Below the pieces are notes generated by a model. It worked only from the letters and a program-made list of their open reading frames with translations. It was not told the DNA's origin and did not search any database. From Adineta vaga (taxonomy: Eukaryota; Animalia; Rotifera): a DNA stretch of 64,000 bases. The position numbers and the translations under genes were made by a program. The stretch lies in NCBI GenBank assembly GCA_021613535.1, contig CP075495.1, positions 15,314,001 through 15,378,000 on the forward strand. The letters are read 5' to 3'. Within the stretch, counting starts at the first letter, position 1, and the number at the start of each line of letters is the position of its first letter. Of this stretch, positions 26,689 through 39,915 are shown piece after piece.

Positions 26689-28502
26689 TTAATACCGAAC
26701 AAATTTCTGAATACGATGATTAGCACTATCAGCGACATATAAATTAAGTTGATTGTCTAATGCTACACCATAGGCAGTATTTAGATGTGTAGCATTATCA
26801 CCGGGTATAGTAGAAACGCCAGCAATAGTTGTACCAATAGAATCGCCCGATAGAAAGAATTGAATACGATGATTTAATAAATCTGCAACGTACATATTTC
26901 CCATTGGATCAAATGTCATACTCGTCGGTGAATGAAGAAGTGTTGATGTTGAACCAACTGATCCATTTATGCTACCAGCGATTAAAGTCCAACGGTTATC
27001 ACCTATTTTCCAACGAACAATATTATTGAGATTATAATTAAGAATTATAAGACTATTTATTGATGATTCAAAATAAACACTCGTAGGAGAATATAGCTGT
27101 GAAGAATTTTGTCCTACTCCATTTCCTCCAGCAACTATTATTCCAGAAGTTGCATTTAACAAATAACGCATTATACGATGATTATAAGTATCCGCTATAT
27201 AGATTGTACCTGAATTGGAATCTCGTGCCAGACGAATGGTGAATACAGTTCATTGTTTGCATTACCGGCAAAACCTAAAAGATATAAATTTAACATTTAT
27301 TTATTAACAAAAATGAATAAATAGCTTTCATTCACTCACCAGTACCAGCAATTATTCTTCCTGATGTCGCATTATGTGCCCATAAAACAATTCTTGAAAT
27401 ACCTTGATCTGCTATATACATATTGTTATCGGAATCAAGAAGAACATTAGTAGGATAATTCAATTCACTCAAAGTTGTTCCTAAAGTGCAATTTTTATTT
27501 CCAGCAACTGTTGTACCTGATGATGCAGTTAAACCAACGCTGAATTCGATGACAAGAATAATCAGCAATGTACAAAGTATTAAGATGGTCAATTATTAAA
27601 TTAATTGGTGTGTTTAAACGATCATTGGCGGAACCTGATAGTCCAGTAATTCCAGCAACAGTTATACCACTTGAATTCCAACGTAATTTGGCTTCAGGAG
27701 CTATTTACAACAAGAATAATAATAGATTTATTATCAAGTTTAGAAATCTTACGATTTATTTTCGTCGTTGTTCGTGTCAAAAGAATCGAAGGAACAATAA
27801 TAATTGGTAACAATAGCAAAATACCGATTATCACTGATATAATTATACAGTTTCTCTTGTTTCTAGAATGTTTTACATGACAATACGTACGATTTACTAT
27901 AAAAAGAAAGTTCAATACTTTTTCTTGTTCTTTCGATCCAAACTATTGTGATGTTCTCTTGTAATACCAAGGCGACTTGGACTCGGATGAAATATCTAGA
28001 ATAACAAATCAAAATCTTATCTTCTGTCTATTCTGATAATGAACTTACTTTTGATTCTATTAATTTTGAACTATTGTTTGGTGTCACTGAACGATTATTG
28101 AATTCTGGTGAAATTCGATTCGAACTGGATCGATTTTCCTATGAAAATTGAATGATTCGTCATTAATCATCCTATAATTTTATTTACTTCTAAAACAGAA
28201 CGAGTATATTGATGAAGATCAGTTGATCTTGATTCATTCAATGATTCATTATGATAATGATGATTAGTAATAATTGGCATTGGTTGTGCATTCTTATGAG
28301 ATTTTGTTTTAACCTCGTTTGTCAAAGCAGTTTTAGGTGTCGATCGTATCGATACATGAATGATTCTAGTGGAGTGTGAGCACTATTATTGAGTTTATGT
28401 TGCTATATAAGATACAGATGAAGATAGAATTGATGTAATTGAATAACTTACTTTATGTTTTAATGATCGATGACGATGTCGATAGGTTCCCTTTTTGATC
28501 AT
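26689..28502 (-). pseudogene. Single-pass membrane NHL-repeat beta-propeller protein with ~3 frameshifts
   Basis: ATG 28502, TM IIISVIIGILLLLPIIIVPSILL, repeats GITVAG, LYIADxxxHRIQ, DPMGNMYVADLLNHRIQFF; frame breaks at ~28365, ~27527, ~27232. Confidence 0.75.
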
Positions 28503-28862
28503 AATCTCAGTAAGTTTTGAAAAGAAAATGTAATGATGATTTGTTTTAACAGAGATGTATAAATTATGCGAGAAAGAAAAACAAATCTAATTATAATTCT
28601 TCAAAATAACAACATAGAAAGATGTTTTCTGGTCGTTATAAAGGTTTCTTTGTTTTTGATCAAATAAAGAAAAATAATTAATTGTAGTTGCATTTTTTTT
28701 TCTTTTCATCAAAAAATCGATCTGAAAATGATGAAAAGTGTTTTCTAGAGCATACTGGAAGTTTGAAGCAAAAAAATACTCTCCAAAAAGTAGATGGGTC
28801 TCCATGAATTCATCCAATATTTCTCTTAGATCATTTCTCATTACGTTCGTTTGATTCATTCG

Positions 28863-28919
28863 ATCTTAAGGGTGTGAATGTAGACCTAAATTGGTTATCT
28901 ACACTTACGCCTTCAAGAT
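28863..28919. repeat. Degenerate palindromic element of the atcttgagggtgtgggtgt family
   Basis: atcttaagggtgtgaatgtaga ... tctacacttacgccttcaagat are imperfect inverted arms. Confidence 0.55.
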
Positions 28920-29015
28920 GTTTTGTTAATGAATATATTATTGTACGATAGATAAAGTCACTATGTCACAAATAAGCATTATGTACAACGTTGATCGAAC
29001 AACAATAATTTACAT

Positions 29016-32000
29016 CTACCAGAAGCGTTTAATTGACTCTTTGAATCCTTTCATATATATCTTTGACGGCAGAACGAATACAGCAAAGATCAACGTTGAT
29101 GGAATGAATGAAATAAAATATCCAATTAGATAGAGCCATGGATTTCTAGCAGATTTCATACATCCAGATAAGAATGAAATGATTAGACGAGGAAGTGCTA
29201 ACAGAATAAGAATAAATGGTGAAATCAATAGATGTTTATGATGTTGAAATTGCTCATGTAATATTTTTTTATAAGATTGTGTTTTCTGAATATTCGAACG
29301 AGTACGAGCTGTAGCAACAATGATGACTAATGCTGAAATACAATTGATTGCAAAGGGTACAGAAAAATGAAGAATATTCAAAGCCCAATCATACATTTGT
29401 ATCGATGTTGAATATTTAACTATACACCATGTACGTTGTTCTTCTTTATCATCGATTAAATTACGGTAAATGGGATCATGAATATGTGTAGTAATGGTGA
29501 ATAATAATACAAATAGAACCATCCATTTAGCGTATTGTTTGCTCTTTACTTTATTAAAATAGATTCCTTTTAAAACATTCACCGCTCGTTCCGTAGCTAC
29601 ACAAGCACTAAGCCAATCACCAGTGCTTAGAACAAATCGAAGAAGAAAATCGATAGATATACATTGTATTCGTAAAAACCAACGGTTTTGGATCCAATTC
29701 ATTTGTGATGCAAGAAGAATCCAGAATTTAAATGTTAATATAATTATTGTAATCATAGATGTAATCGAAAATGTTAACAGATAGAATCCACAACCGACAT
29801 TACATATTGTTTCTCTTTGAAAAGTGAGAAATGAAGAAAAACTATTAACAAAGCCTAAAACGAATACTATAGTAGTAACTGCAGTAGTAATATGAACAAT
29901 GAGAGATTGTTGAATAATTCCAATGTTAGGACGAATTTGATAGCCCAAAATCGTATCTAGTGAAAAAGTCGATCCTTTAGTAGAAAATTGACATCTTGAC
30001 CCATAAAAACATTCAGGACAGACACAAATCGATGATGTTGGACACTTTGGATCATCTGTAAAGCATTGACCTCCGTTTTCACATGAATTTTGACCATGAC
30101 AATCGTTAGTAAGATTATGTTCAAATTCAAAACAATTGCTTCGTCGATTAAGATCACATAAACAGAAGTGAATATCATCATAGAAACAAACTAATTCGAG
30201 TCGTTTTTGACAAGGAATATGATAGGATTTAATACGTTTTAATAAATGTTGATTAGCAAAAGAATTATTAAATAAGTCATGAATAGATGCGCATCGAAAA
30301 GAAGGCATGATTTTTGTAGAAAGATTTACTGAAATAATTCTCTGTTCTCGAAGAATAATCAAATAATAGTTGTTGAATATTTCGACAAAAGCAATATTAA
30401 ATGCAGTTGATATGTAGAATAAAAGTGAATTCTGATCAAATGCAATGTGTTTCATTAAACTTCTTCGAATGGGTTCTACATCTTTTTCAATTGTAATAAA
30501 ATGAACGAGTAATGATTGTGGAATCGTAAGTGTTTTATGAAACGATATATCGATTCGAGTCTGTCGATATTGACATCGATCTCCATAATATTCTTCGGAA
30601 CAAATACATGTGGATTTATTTAGGTATTTATCTATATAACGTTCATCAGTAGGTACACATTGACCACTGTTAGTACATGATTGACTATGACATGAAGAAT
30701 GATGAAGATAACATCGAGGACCAAAATGATTGAGAGAACATATACAAATGAAATTATTGATACATAATGAATGAGATGCACATTTACATGTATATTTAGT
30801 AGAACATTGATTTCCTGACCAACCATGTTCACATTGACAGAAAGTTAAACTTTGATTATTGACATAATGAAAACGACGACCATGAAAACATGATTTTGCA
30901 TGATTTTTTAAAGGTTCAACAGCTGATATAGGAATGATAAGTAGTAAAGATAAACGATGTACAGGTAGAAATGAAAATTGAAGTGGAAAGATCCAACTAG
31001 CTCGATAAGTCAATGTCAATTTATTATATGCATCAATCCGCACTGAATAAGTTTTTGATATATTTTTTGGTCGAGTTGAATAGAGTAAATATATATTAAA
31101 TTTAGTGTCACAATCTCGAACAGCTAAATATTCAATATAATCATGTGATTCTATATTTTCTTCATCGTCGATCAATGTAATTAGAAAAGTGAATAAAGTG
31201 CGCCAATCTGATGTTACTCGTATTTGAAATGTGAGACTAACACGTTGATTTTGATATTGACACATATCCCCGTAGTAACTGGGTGAACAAAGACAAACTA
31301 ATTCATCAGTCTCATTATCAACTCGAACATGCATCAGTAGACCTCGATTACATCGCCATTCGTTATCATATTGCATGTCATCAATTTCATTGTTACTATT
31401 TATCACCTGAGTTTTATTCTCAGATAACGATACAAGTGTAATATTTTCAGTCATAAGTTGTAGTGGATATATTGGCATATCACGTAGAGTAAAATAGATC
31501 TTTCGTGGTAATATCATATCACAAAACGAACGAGTTAAGAAACTTTCAATTCCCGTTTGAGGCAATAAATTGTGTTCACAATATCCGTAGGAATTAAAAG
31601 ATTGTTCACTCGTACAGGATGATTCATCGTCGCCAGATGGACAATTTTTTTCTCCATTACATAGATAAATACTACTAATACATGTTTTATCGTTCTGACA
31701 GTAATAATTTTTCCCAGCCCTAGTCAGATAAACTGATTGACAATAATTACGTTCATCTGTTGCACCAAGACAATCGATAATATCATCATTAACTTGTGAA
31801 ATTGGCAAACACGATACTCTAGATGTATCGTTCAGAAAAATGCAACTTTGATGTAAATCAGGACAAATCCAAGGTAAACAATTAAATTCATCAGCTCCAT
31901 CTTCACACGACCAATATCCATCGCATCTAGTATACGTATTATTACATTGCCAATGTATACATTCTGTTTCGTCTGTCTCATTCTGTCCATCAATTAATAT

Positions 32001-33864
32001 AGGCAACAATTCTTCAATTCCATCACATATCTTTTGAAAATAAATGTGAGTTTTTAAAGACATATTCTGTTTTCTATATTCATCCTCACCATATGGGCAA
32101 TCTTTCTTTCCGTCTTGAATGTTCAATGGTGCGACACACATTGTGCTGTTATTTACTGAACAACTGAAACGATAATTAGCATATCTGAGTGAGCAGCTCT
32201 GATTAAATGTTTCATCGTCATGCAATGGACAGTCTTGAATACCATCAACAAGACGATGTTTCGATATAAATTTTGTAGAATTTTCACAATGATACATCGT
32301 GGTGTAATTAATATAATATGTTTCATTTGACATAACTAAACATACACGAAATCGGTCTTTCACATAACTGACGAGCGTATCCCAAAATTCATCCGAATCT
32401 ATTTCATCTAGTCCTAACACATTAAAATGTTGACAAGCCGAACCATTTATATATATTGCATCTGTAAGAAAGTCTTCACAAAGTTCTTCATTATAACAAA
32501 CGTAAACTGGTAGAGGAAGATCATCAGGATCGGATTGATTTCCGTCATTCATAAAGAGAAAGCGTACATGTCCAAATAAGATCGGATTTGAAGGAAATTG
32601 ATACAATGAAGGACATTTGTCTTTTACACAATCACCTAACATACAATAATCATCACACCATTCACGAATACGATCATGAAGTCTCATTAGACAAGCCATG
32701 GCACGTGCACAATCATTCTCAATCAAAAGATTATCACGACCATTTTTGCACATTGACCATATACTTATTTCACGCATACATGTACCATCACCACACGTAA
32801 ATTCTTCTTCTCCTGGTCGACATGCATGTTCTTCACATCGCATAGAAGGATCATCAGAACAATATTTCGGATAATCAAAATATGAAGGTTCATCAGTTCG
32901 ATCTAAACAATCTGGATTGATTAAACCATCATGAAAAAATTCTTTTGGAATACATTGACCATTGTAACATCGATATTCATTTTCATTACATTCGTTTATT
33001 TCAAGTTGCCAACAATTTAACTCATCCGACGCATCTAAACAGTCGATTTTTCTATCACAAATTTCACGCCAGTCCAAACACAGATATGATGTTTGACAAT
33101 TAAGATGTGTGTAACATGTTACTCTTGATGTCTCCATAAGATTATCTTTAGATTTCAACATGCGAACGACCAATTCAGCAAATGATCTATCGTTATCTAG
33201 ATCAAATGCAAAGCGACAGAGAGGACCAAACCATGGTGGTGTACAATTATAGAATTGTACTTCGTTATCAAACAATGATAATGACGAATTTGATTGATTA
33301 TTCAAAAAGATTTCGTAATGTTCAGCTAGATCAATAGAAGCTGACCAAGAAAGTAACGTTTGGCTGCTAATATTTTTCTCTTCTAATTGAGCAAAAGTAA
33401 ACGAAGAATCCATTGTATTGGTAAAATTGGAGTATTCAAAAGTAAAAATATCATCCGATGGTCGGAAGCAGTATGGAATTACTTGATGTCCTATTGTCCA
33501 TTTAAGAAAAGAAAAAGCACATAAATAGTTTTGAATAACCTTTTAGTATATCGATATAACGAGATGATGAAGTTTATATGAAAAGTTTTCTTTATAAACT
33601 TCAACACATCATCATCAATCCTCTGTAGAACAATTTTTTTAAGCAGTTATTTAAAAAAAAATATTCACCTGTCTTTCTTTTTGAAATGGGCCCTAAAACA
33701 TATAATTGTTCATGAATATCATAATCCTCAGTATCGTTGGGTACATAATATAAAAGACAATATCCATTTTGAAGATGATTAGTATTGTACATATTAAACA
33801 GAAGATGGGACAATACATGAGTTTGGCAAATAATAAATATATAGAATAGTAACATATTGAACAT
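29016..33864 (-). CDS. LDLa- and EGF-repeat rhodopsin-class 7TM receptor (2 exons, ~1,550 aa)
   Basis: Signal-peptide exon 33864-33669 spliced in phase 1 to exon 33490-29016 (HQVIPYC); LDLa motifs CDxxxDCxDxSDE, EGF motifs, C-terminal 7TM with ACVATERA and LPRLIISF. Confidence 0.88.
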
Positions 33865-34110
33865 GGAATTATTTTAACAAAGAACAAATACATTCATGAT
33901 ACATGGTAGAGTTAAAAGCCATTTGGAATATAGAACATGATTTTACTTACCTATATAACTTCTTCACTACAAATATGAATTCAGATAATAATCACGTTCA
34001 ATAAAGTCAAATATATAGAATATTTTTATCGGTTTCATATATCACATCAGTTATTAATTGTATTAGAGAAAAGTATTGACAAACGAAGAATACTTTGATG
34101 CAGAAGAAGT

Positions 34111-34148
34111 ATCTCGAGGGTGTGGGTGTGGGTGAAATTTCACCCAGG
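34111..34148. repeat. TGTGGG-containing arm of the same element family plus palindrome gggtgaaatttcaccc
   Basis: atctcgagggtgtgggtgtgggtgaaatttcacccagg. Confidence 0.55.
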
Positions 34149-35046
34149 TAGTTATGTGATAGCTAAGGACACCAGACTGTCTGTGACACTTCCGTATGTA
34201 ATGGGACAAGTCGAGAGGGACGGGGAAGAGACGGAAGTTGGTTGAAATTTAATCCAATTTCGAGCAGCTCATTTGATCGATCTTTTGAGTGTTCATCTAT
34301 TACTACGCTTCCATTCTGATATGAGTGTGTTGCATGGAAGTAAGGGTGATTTAGAAATAAGATACTCATCTTCACAAAATGTGCGTTGGACTTTTGTGCT
34401 TTATCGTGGACGTGTGTGCATTCGCGATAGATGAAACTTTAATTCGAAGTCCAAGGCTTTTCAGGTCGGAATTGAAATGGATGGATTTGGAATGCTACAT
34501 AGTATAATTTGTTCTATTTTAGATATACGTGACGGGATAGTTGTGGTATAGATGAAAATTTTCAAGGACAACGCTCTGTGCGTCCTCTGTCGTTTTGTGA
34601 CATATGAAGTTTTCAATCTGGAAGGTTCTGAACCAACATCGGGTACCTCCGCTAGTAGTTTATATTTTAACATCTCGCACTTTTTTGTGATGCATTAATC
34701 CAAATAATTTCTTCGCTTTTAGCATAAATGCATTGTTTTCGATGTATATTACCTTCATAATCTTCATTAGCAAACTTATTTAATATTTTCCTGTTTTTTC
34801 CCAGACTTTTATTTTGATTAAACAAAAATAAATTTGATATATGATAATATTTCATTCAAAATACATTTGTGTCGCTCGAATAATGAAAGTCATTCCAGTT
34901 TATTCGTTCGATAATTTGATAAAAGAAGAATGATAAAGAAAATTGTCATTTGTCAGTTTTCTTTTTTCACATAATATGCTTATCTATTTTCATTCTCAAT
35001 CTTAGTATAGAAAGCATTTTTATATTCTATTTTCAAGGTATTTAAT

Positions 35047-37341
35047 ATGAAATTCGATGATTTTTTATGTACAATTAATGATTTTGGTCGTTATCAAAAA
35101 TTAAGTTTATTCTTCATAGGTCTTACATATTCCATTACACCAAGTAAATTTCTTTTTCCTAATCACATTGACTTTTTTCAATATATGTTTCTATTTTTAT
35201 TCAGTTGTTGTTTATACTTGGTCATTTGCTGCTGCCACACCTTCATTTCGTTGTAAATTAGATGAAAATGATGAAATTTATTCGAAAAATCTTTTTAATT
35301 CAAATCAACCCGATGAAATTTATTGTAAAACAAATATGAAAATATCTCTTAAAGAATGTCAACGATGTTATATAAAAATAGAAAATCAAACAAAATCATG
35401 TCATAAATTTATTTTTGATCAAAAATATTATGATTATACACTTGTTGAAGAAGTAAACATTTAATATCATAGAAAATACTAATCTTTCTATTTATTTTTC
35501 AGTGGTCAATGATTTGTGATCGAACGGTATTTCGTTCAACAGTACAAAATATCTTTTTCGTAGGTTATATGATTGGATCGATTTTCTTTGGAATTATGGC
35601 TGATAAGTAAAAGTTTTCTTCTTGAAAATAAATTAAATTGCTAGAAATTCTATGATTAAGATATGGTCGTCGTCCAATTATTAGTATTTGTCTTGTATTA
35701 ACAGCAACTGCTGGATTTATTTGCACATTTTTCCCACAAAAAGCAATTTTTGGATTTTGGCCAAGTTATTTAGCATATACTTTTGGTCGATTTATTTTAG
35801 CTTGTGCAACTCGAGGTGTTGGAATTGCTGGTTTTGTTTTAGGTAAATTAGATCGGATTTTAATTGAAAAGATATAATTTTATTTTGTTCTTAGCAACTG
35901 AACTTGTTGGACCAAAAAAGAAATTTCTTGTTGGTACAACTCTTCATTTATGTTTTGGATTTGGTCAATTAATTTTAAGTTGTTTTGCTTATTTTATTCG
36001 TCAATGGAGATATTTAACATTTGCTTTATCAATATTTACAATTCCATTTATATTTCTTCATTTGTAAAATATTCATTTGTTTTTTTCATTTATAGAAAAC
36101 AATGTTAATTCATTTTATAGTATTTTACCAGAATCAGTTAGATGGATGATTAGTAAACATCAATATAAACAAGCTGAATTATTACTTAGAAAAATTGCTA
36201 AAATAAATCAAAAACCATTTGATGAAGATGCTTGTCAACGAATGATTCATGATTTAGAAAAAGTATGTTTATAGTTTTTTAGATTTAAAATATGTTTTGT
36301 TTAAAATTGTGAATAGAATTCAAATGATCCAAAAGAACAAATTGGAATATTAGCATTATTTCAATCAAAAATTATGTTAATTATAACTTTGAATTTATTT
36401 TTTCAATGGTTTGTTCAAAATTTAGCTTATTATGGTGTTTCACAAAGTACTGGTTCATGGGGTTTTGATCCATATTGTAAAATAGAAATTAGTTTTTCAA
36501 AAAAAATCTTTGATAATAATTATTTGAAATTTTTTAGTATCATTTACAATCTCGGCTTGTGTAGAAATTCTTGCTTATATTGGACTTTATTTTGTTTTAA
36601 ATCGTATTGGACGAAAATTACCATATTTAATAGCAATCATTTGTTTTGTTTTTATTTCTTTATTGAATATTTTGATACAAAATAATCAATGTAAATTTAA
36701 TATGTTTATTATTATTAGTGAAAATGAGTTTTTTTTGTGTTTGTGTGTTTAGATCAACGAATTTTAACATTTATAATGAATATTTTATCAAAATTTCTTG
36801 TTTCTGTTAGTTATGGAACGATTTATATTTATTCAAATGAATTATTTCCAACTCGAGTACGAAGTACAGGAATGGGTTTATGTTCAATGTCAGCACGTAT
36901 GAAGAATTATCTTTTCAAAACTTCAATTATATATATCTATTCCTCACCTTTCAGGTATTGGAGCAATTGTAGCAACAACAAGTAATGATATGTTGGTATG
37001 TATCAATTATTTAAAATCTAAGTTTAATCTTTTAAATATATTTCTAGACGCGTGTTTGGATAAATTTTCCAACAGTTTTATTTGGTACATTATCATTAAT
37101 TGCTGCTCTTGTTGTTCTTATATTACCTGAAACATTAAATAAACCATTACCACAAACAATTGAAGATACAGAACAAATGGGTTTACTTTGGTATGTATTG
37201 ACAAAGAAAAGATTTTTTTTTATTGAACAAAATTTCAATTTTAGTATTCGTACTCGTCATTATGCACAAACAAATCATAAAATTGAACCATCTTTTGAAT
37301 CAACAAACGAAGAAAATCTATTAAAAGAAGATTTAATATGA
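35047..37341 (+). CDS. SLC22-family organic cation/anion transporter (multi-exon)
   Basis: FGRYQK, WSMICDR, ADK/YGRRP, ATELVGPKKK, ILPESVRW, YSNELFPTRVRSTGMG, LPETLNKPLPQTIED; TGA 37339-37341. Confidence 0.9.
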
Positions 37342-37779
37342 TTTTAGTTTTGAGTTTGTTTTTTCAATAGATGATTATCAATTTGTTCAACTAATAAATT
37401 GTCCATTGAACTTTGATTAATAATTTCAAAGTAAAGTATCGAATCATTTGATTCAGACTAAGACTTTCTTCATATCTTCCACTCGTGTGGAAATTTGTCG
37501 AATATTATCAATACCATCAGCTATATTTGTTATAGTTTCTGCAGTACCAACTATTTTGACTTCTCTCAATGTTTTGATTGTTTGAACCAAATAATTTAAT
37601 GAAGAATTAAGACATAGAAGATCCATTATATATTTTAGAAAATAAATACTATGGAACATCGAAATCAACTCTTATTTTTGTTGCTAAAGCTGATCCGTAG
37701 CATATGGAAAAGTTTCACCAATAATCTACGCTATGCGCCCATAAAAAAGACAAGTACTGCTTTCCATCACGATCATTTT

Positions 37780-38460
37780 AGTTCAATTGATTAACTAATT
37801 GTTTTGTTTTTAATGGTAAAGTATCCATTGTATATAAAAATTCTCCACGCATTTTCTTATCTCTTTCTTCTTGTAATTCCCATTCGGTTCTTTTACGTAA
37901 ATCTCAAACAAAAATTTCTCATCCCTTCTTTCTTCAATTTCAATTAAATTAATCTGTTCATCGAAGAAATTTGTTGAATATTATTGAGAAAACTTCTGGA
38001 TCGTCATTGGATTGTTGACGTGCAAGACGAAAATTGTTATTGATGATCGCGAGAGAAAGATACTAAGACAAATGAAAACAACAATCAGAACAAATAAAGT
38101 CAATGTAAATGGACTAAAAAATGAATCTGTTCGAGATAATTGATTTGAATCAAATTTAACTAAAATCGTTTCAAATAACATTCGACAAATTTGAAAGAAA
38201 CAAACTTTTAGTTGATGAAAGGATTTTCGAAGATGTTGAAGTTGAAATGATACATTTTCATTTTCATTGGAATAAACAACGACCGAAACAAGTGTGACAA
38301 AGGAAATATAAAGAAAAATTTCTCGAATAATTGACAAGATTTGTAATTCACGGAGACGAATTTGACGAGCACAAGCGATTTCATTTAGAGTTAAACGATT
38401 TGGACGAATAGTTGAAACTTCATTTGATAAATGAAGATATTTTTCATCTTTATTGAGTAT
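37780..38460 (-). pseudogene. Polycystin-like (PKD1L/PKD2 channel) remnant with large internal deletion
   Basis: RPNRLTLNEIACARQIRLRELQILSIIREIFLYISF...LQHLRK joined at ~38200 to MLFETILVKFD...LFVLIVVFICLSIFL..NDNFRLARQ; frameshift and stop. Confidence 0.7.
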
Positions 38461-38499
38461 TAAGTGGATTTATGGTGAGATTTTGCCAACGAAATGCAT

Positions 38500-38880
38500 T
38501 TATCATTTGACATTTTACTAAGAAGGAATTCAATTATTCGATATGAATATCAAGTAAATTGAATTGATCAACTGCAACGGCATAATTAAATAAATGTTCG
38601 ACTTTCATATATTTTATCATTGGCAAACACTGAAATAATTGAATTATTACTTCCAACTTACAATTAATAATACATAACGATTGAATTAACATTTGTTCAT
38701 ACATATAAAATATATGTTGGTGAAATTGTGAACAAGAAATACGTATAATGAAATATCTCGAATAAGTTTAGAAAAACGACAATCTAATTGATCGAATGAA
38801 TAAACAAAATCTAGTGCATTATAAGATATTCAAAGAATTTTATCAAAATTTTATTTGGAATGAGAATTGAGTGACCATTG
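38500..38880 (-). pseudogene. Degenerate F-box gene N-terminal remnant
   Basis: PNKILIKFFEYL / NALDFVYSFDQLDCRFSKLIRD with frame breaks. Confidence 0.55.
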
Positions 38881-39645
38881 TCGTATATGATTTGTATATA
38901 CATGTTTTATCAAAGAGTATGTCCGCTGACGACACTGAAATATTTAGCATACTGAGTTTTTCTCGACAATAGCGTATAGGAAATTGAATATTTGAACGTT
39001 GATGTTCCCACAATAAAATAGTTTGTTAGCTGAGCTTGATGATATTCAATTTATGATATATTAAAAAAAAAGAAGAAGAATGTTTGAAATAAATATCGAC
39101 ATAAACTTACCTTTTGTTATTAGGAAAATGAAGTTCATCAAGATGAGTATTTATTTATCGAAATTTACTTTACACCATAAAAAATATGGAAATATTCAAT
39201 GAGAATAGCACATTTAAGAATATTATTGAACAAATATTTGTTAAGATAAAATCACTATTTTATTAAAACTTCTCGTTCGACTATATTCTAACATCATTTC
39301 TATAAAGTAACCAACAGATTTCGTCGAAGAAATAATTATGTCTTACCCATATGACTTTTCCACATGATAGAGTGCTTTTTATATTTTATCGCATCATATC
39401 AAATCACTATGCTTTCCTTGCTTTTATGCTCATAATAGATCGCTACTGAGAGATCTTTCAATGAAATCTATAGAATTAACAGAGATGTGAGCGTGAGATG
39501 ATGATTCCATTAGGGAAGTCCTACTATTGTTATGATGTCCTTTGATTTCTATCGAAGTTTGCGTCACATAAAGATCTGAATGAACTTACAGTTTTTTGCA
39601 TAATAATAAATTTCTATGGTCCATCTAATAGACTTTACAAATGAT

Positions 39646-39670
39646 CATCCACATCCACACTCTCAAGATG
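39646..39670 (-). repeat. Solo arm of the catcttgagggtgtgggtgt element family
   Basis: catccacatccacactctcaagatg = reverse complement catcttgagagtgtggatgtggatg. Confidence 0.45.
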
Positions 39671-39915
39671 ATGGGGTTGTTATAGTATAAGTTTGTATAT
39701 TGATTCTAGTAAAAATAAGACAAAGAAAAAGAATTCTTTATCTTCGTAAAGATTGAATTTAAAGTGGTACGATTTCTTGAGCTCCTTGAATTCCGTGAAA
39801 ATTGGTCTTGTTTCTATTTCTAAGTATCTTGCTAGCTGTTAAATAGAGATTTCAGGGAATCCAGACACTACTGGTCTCAATTATTTAACAAAATATTTCT
39901 GACAAAAAAACTTAT

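Noticed and set aside
34116-34134. True telomere
   Set aside because: Only 2-3 units, internal, part of a dispersed hairpin family
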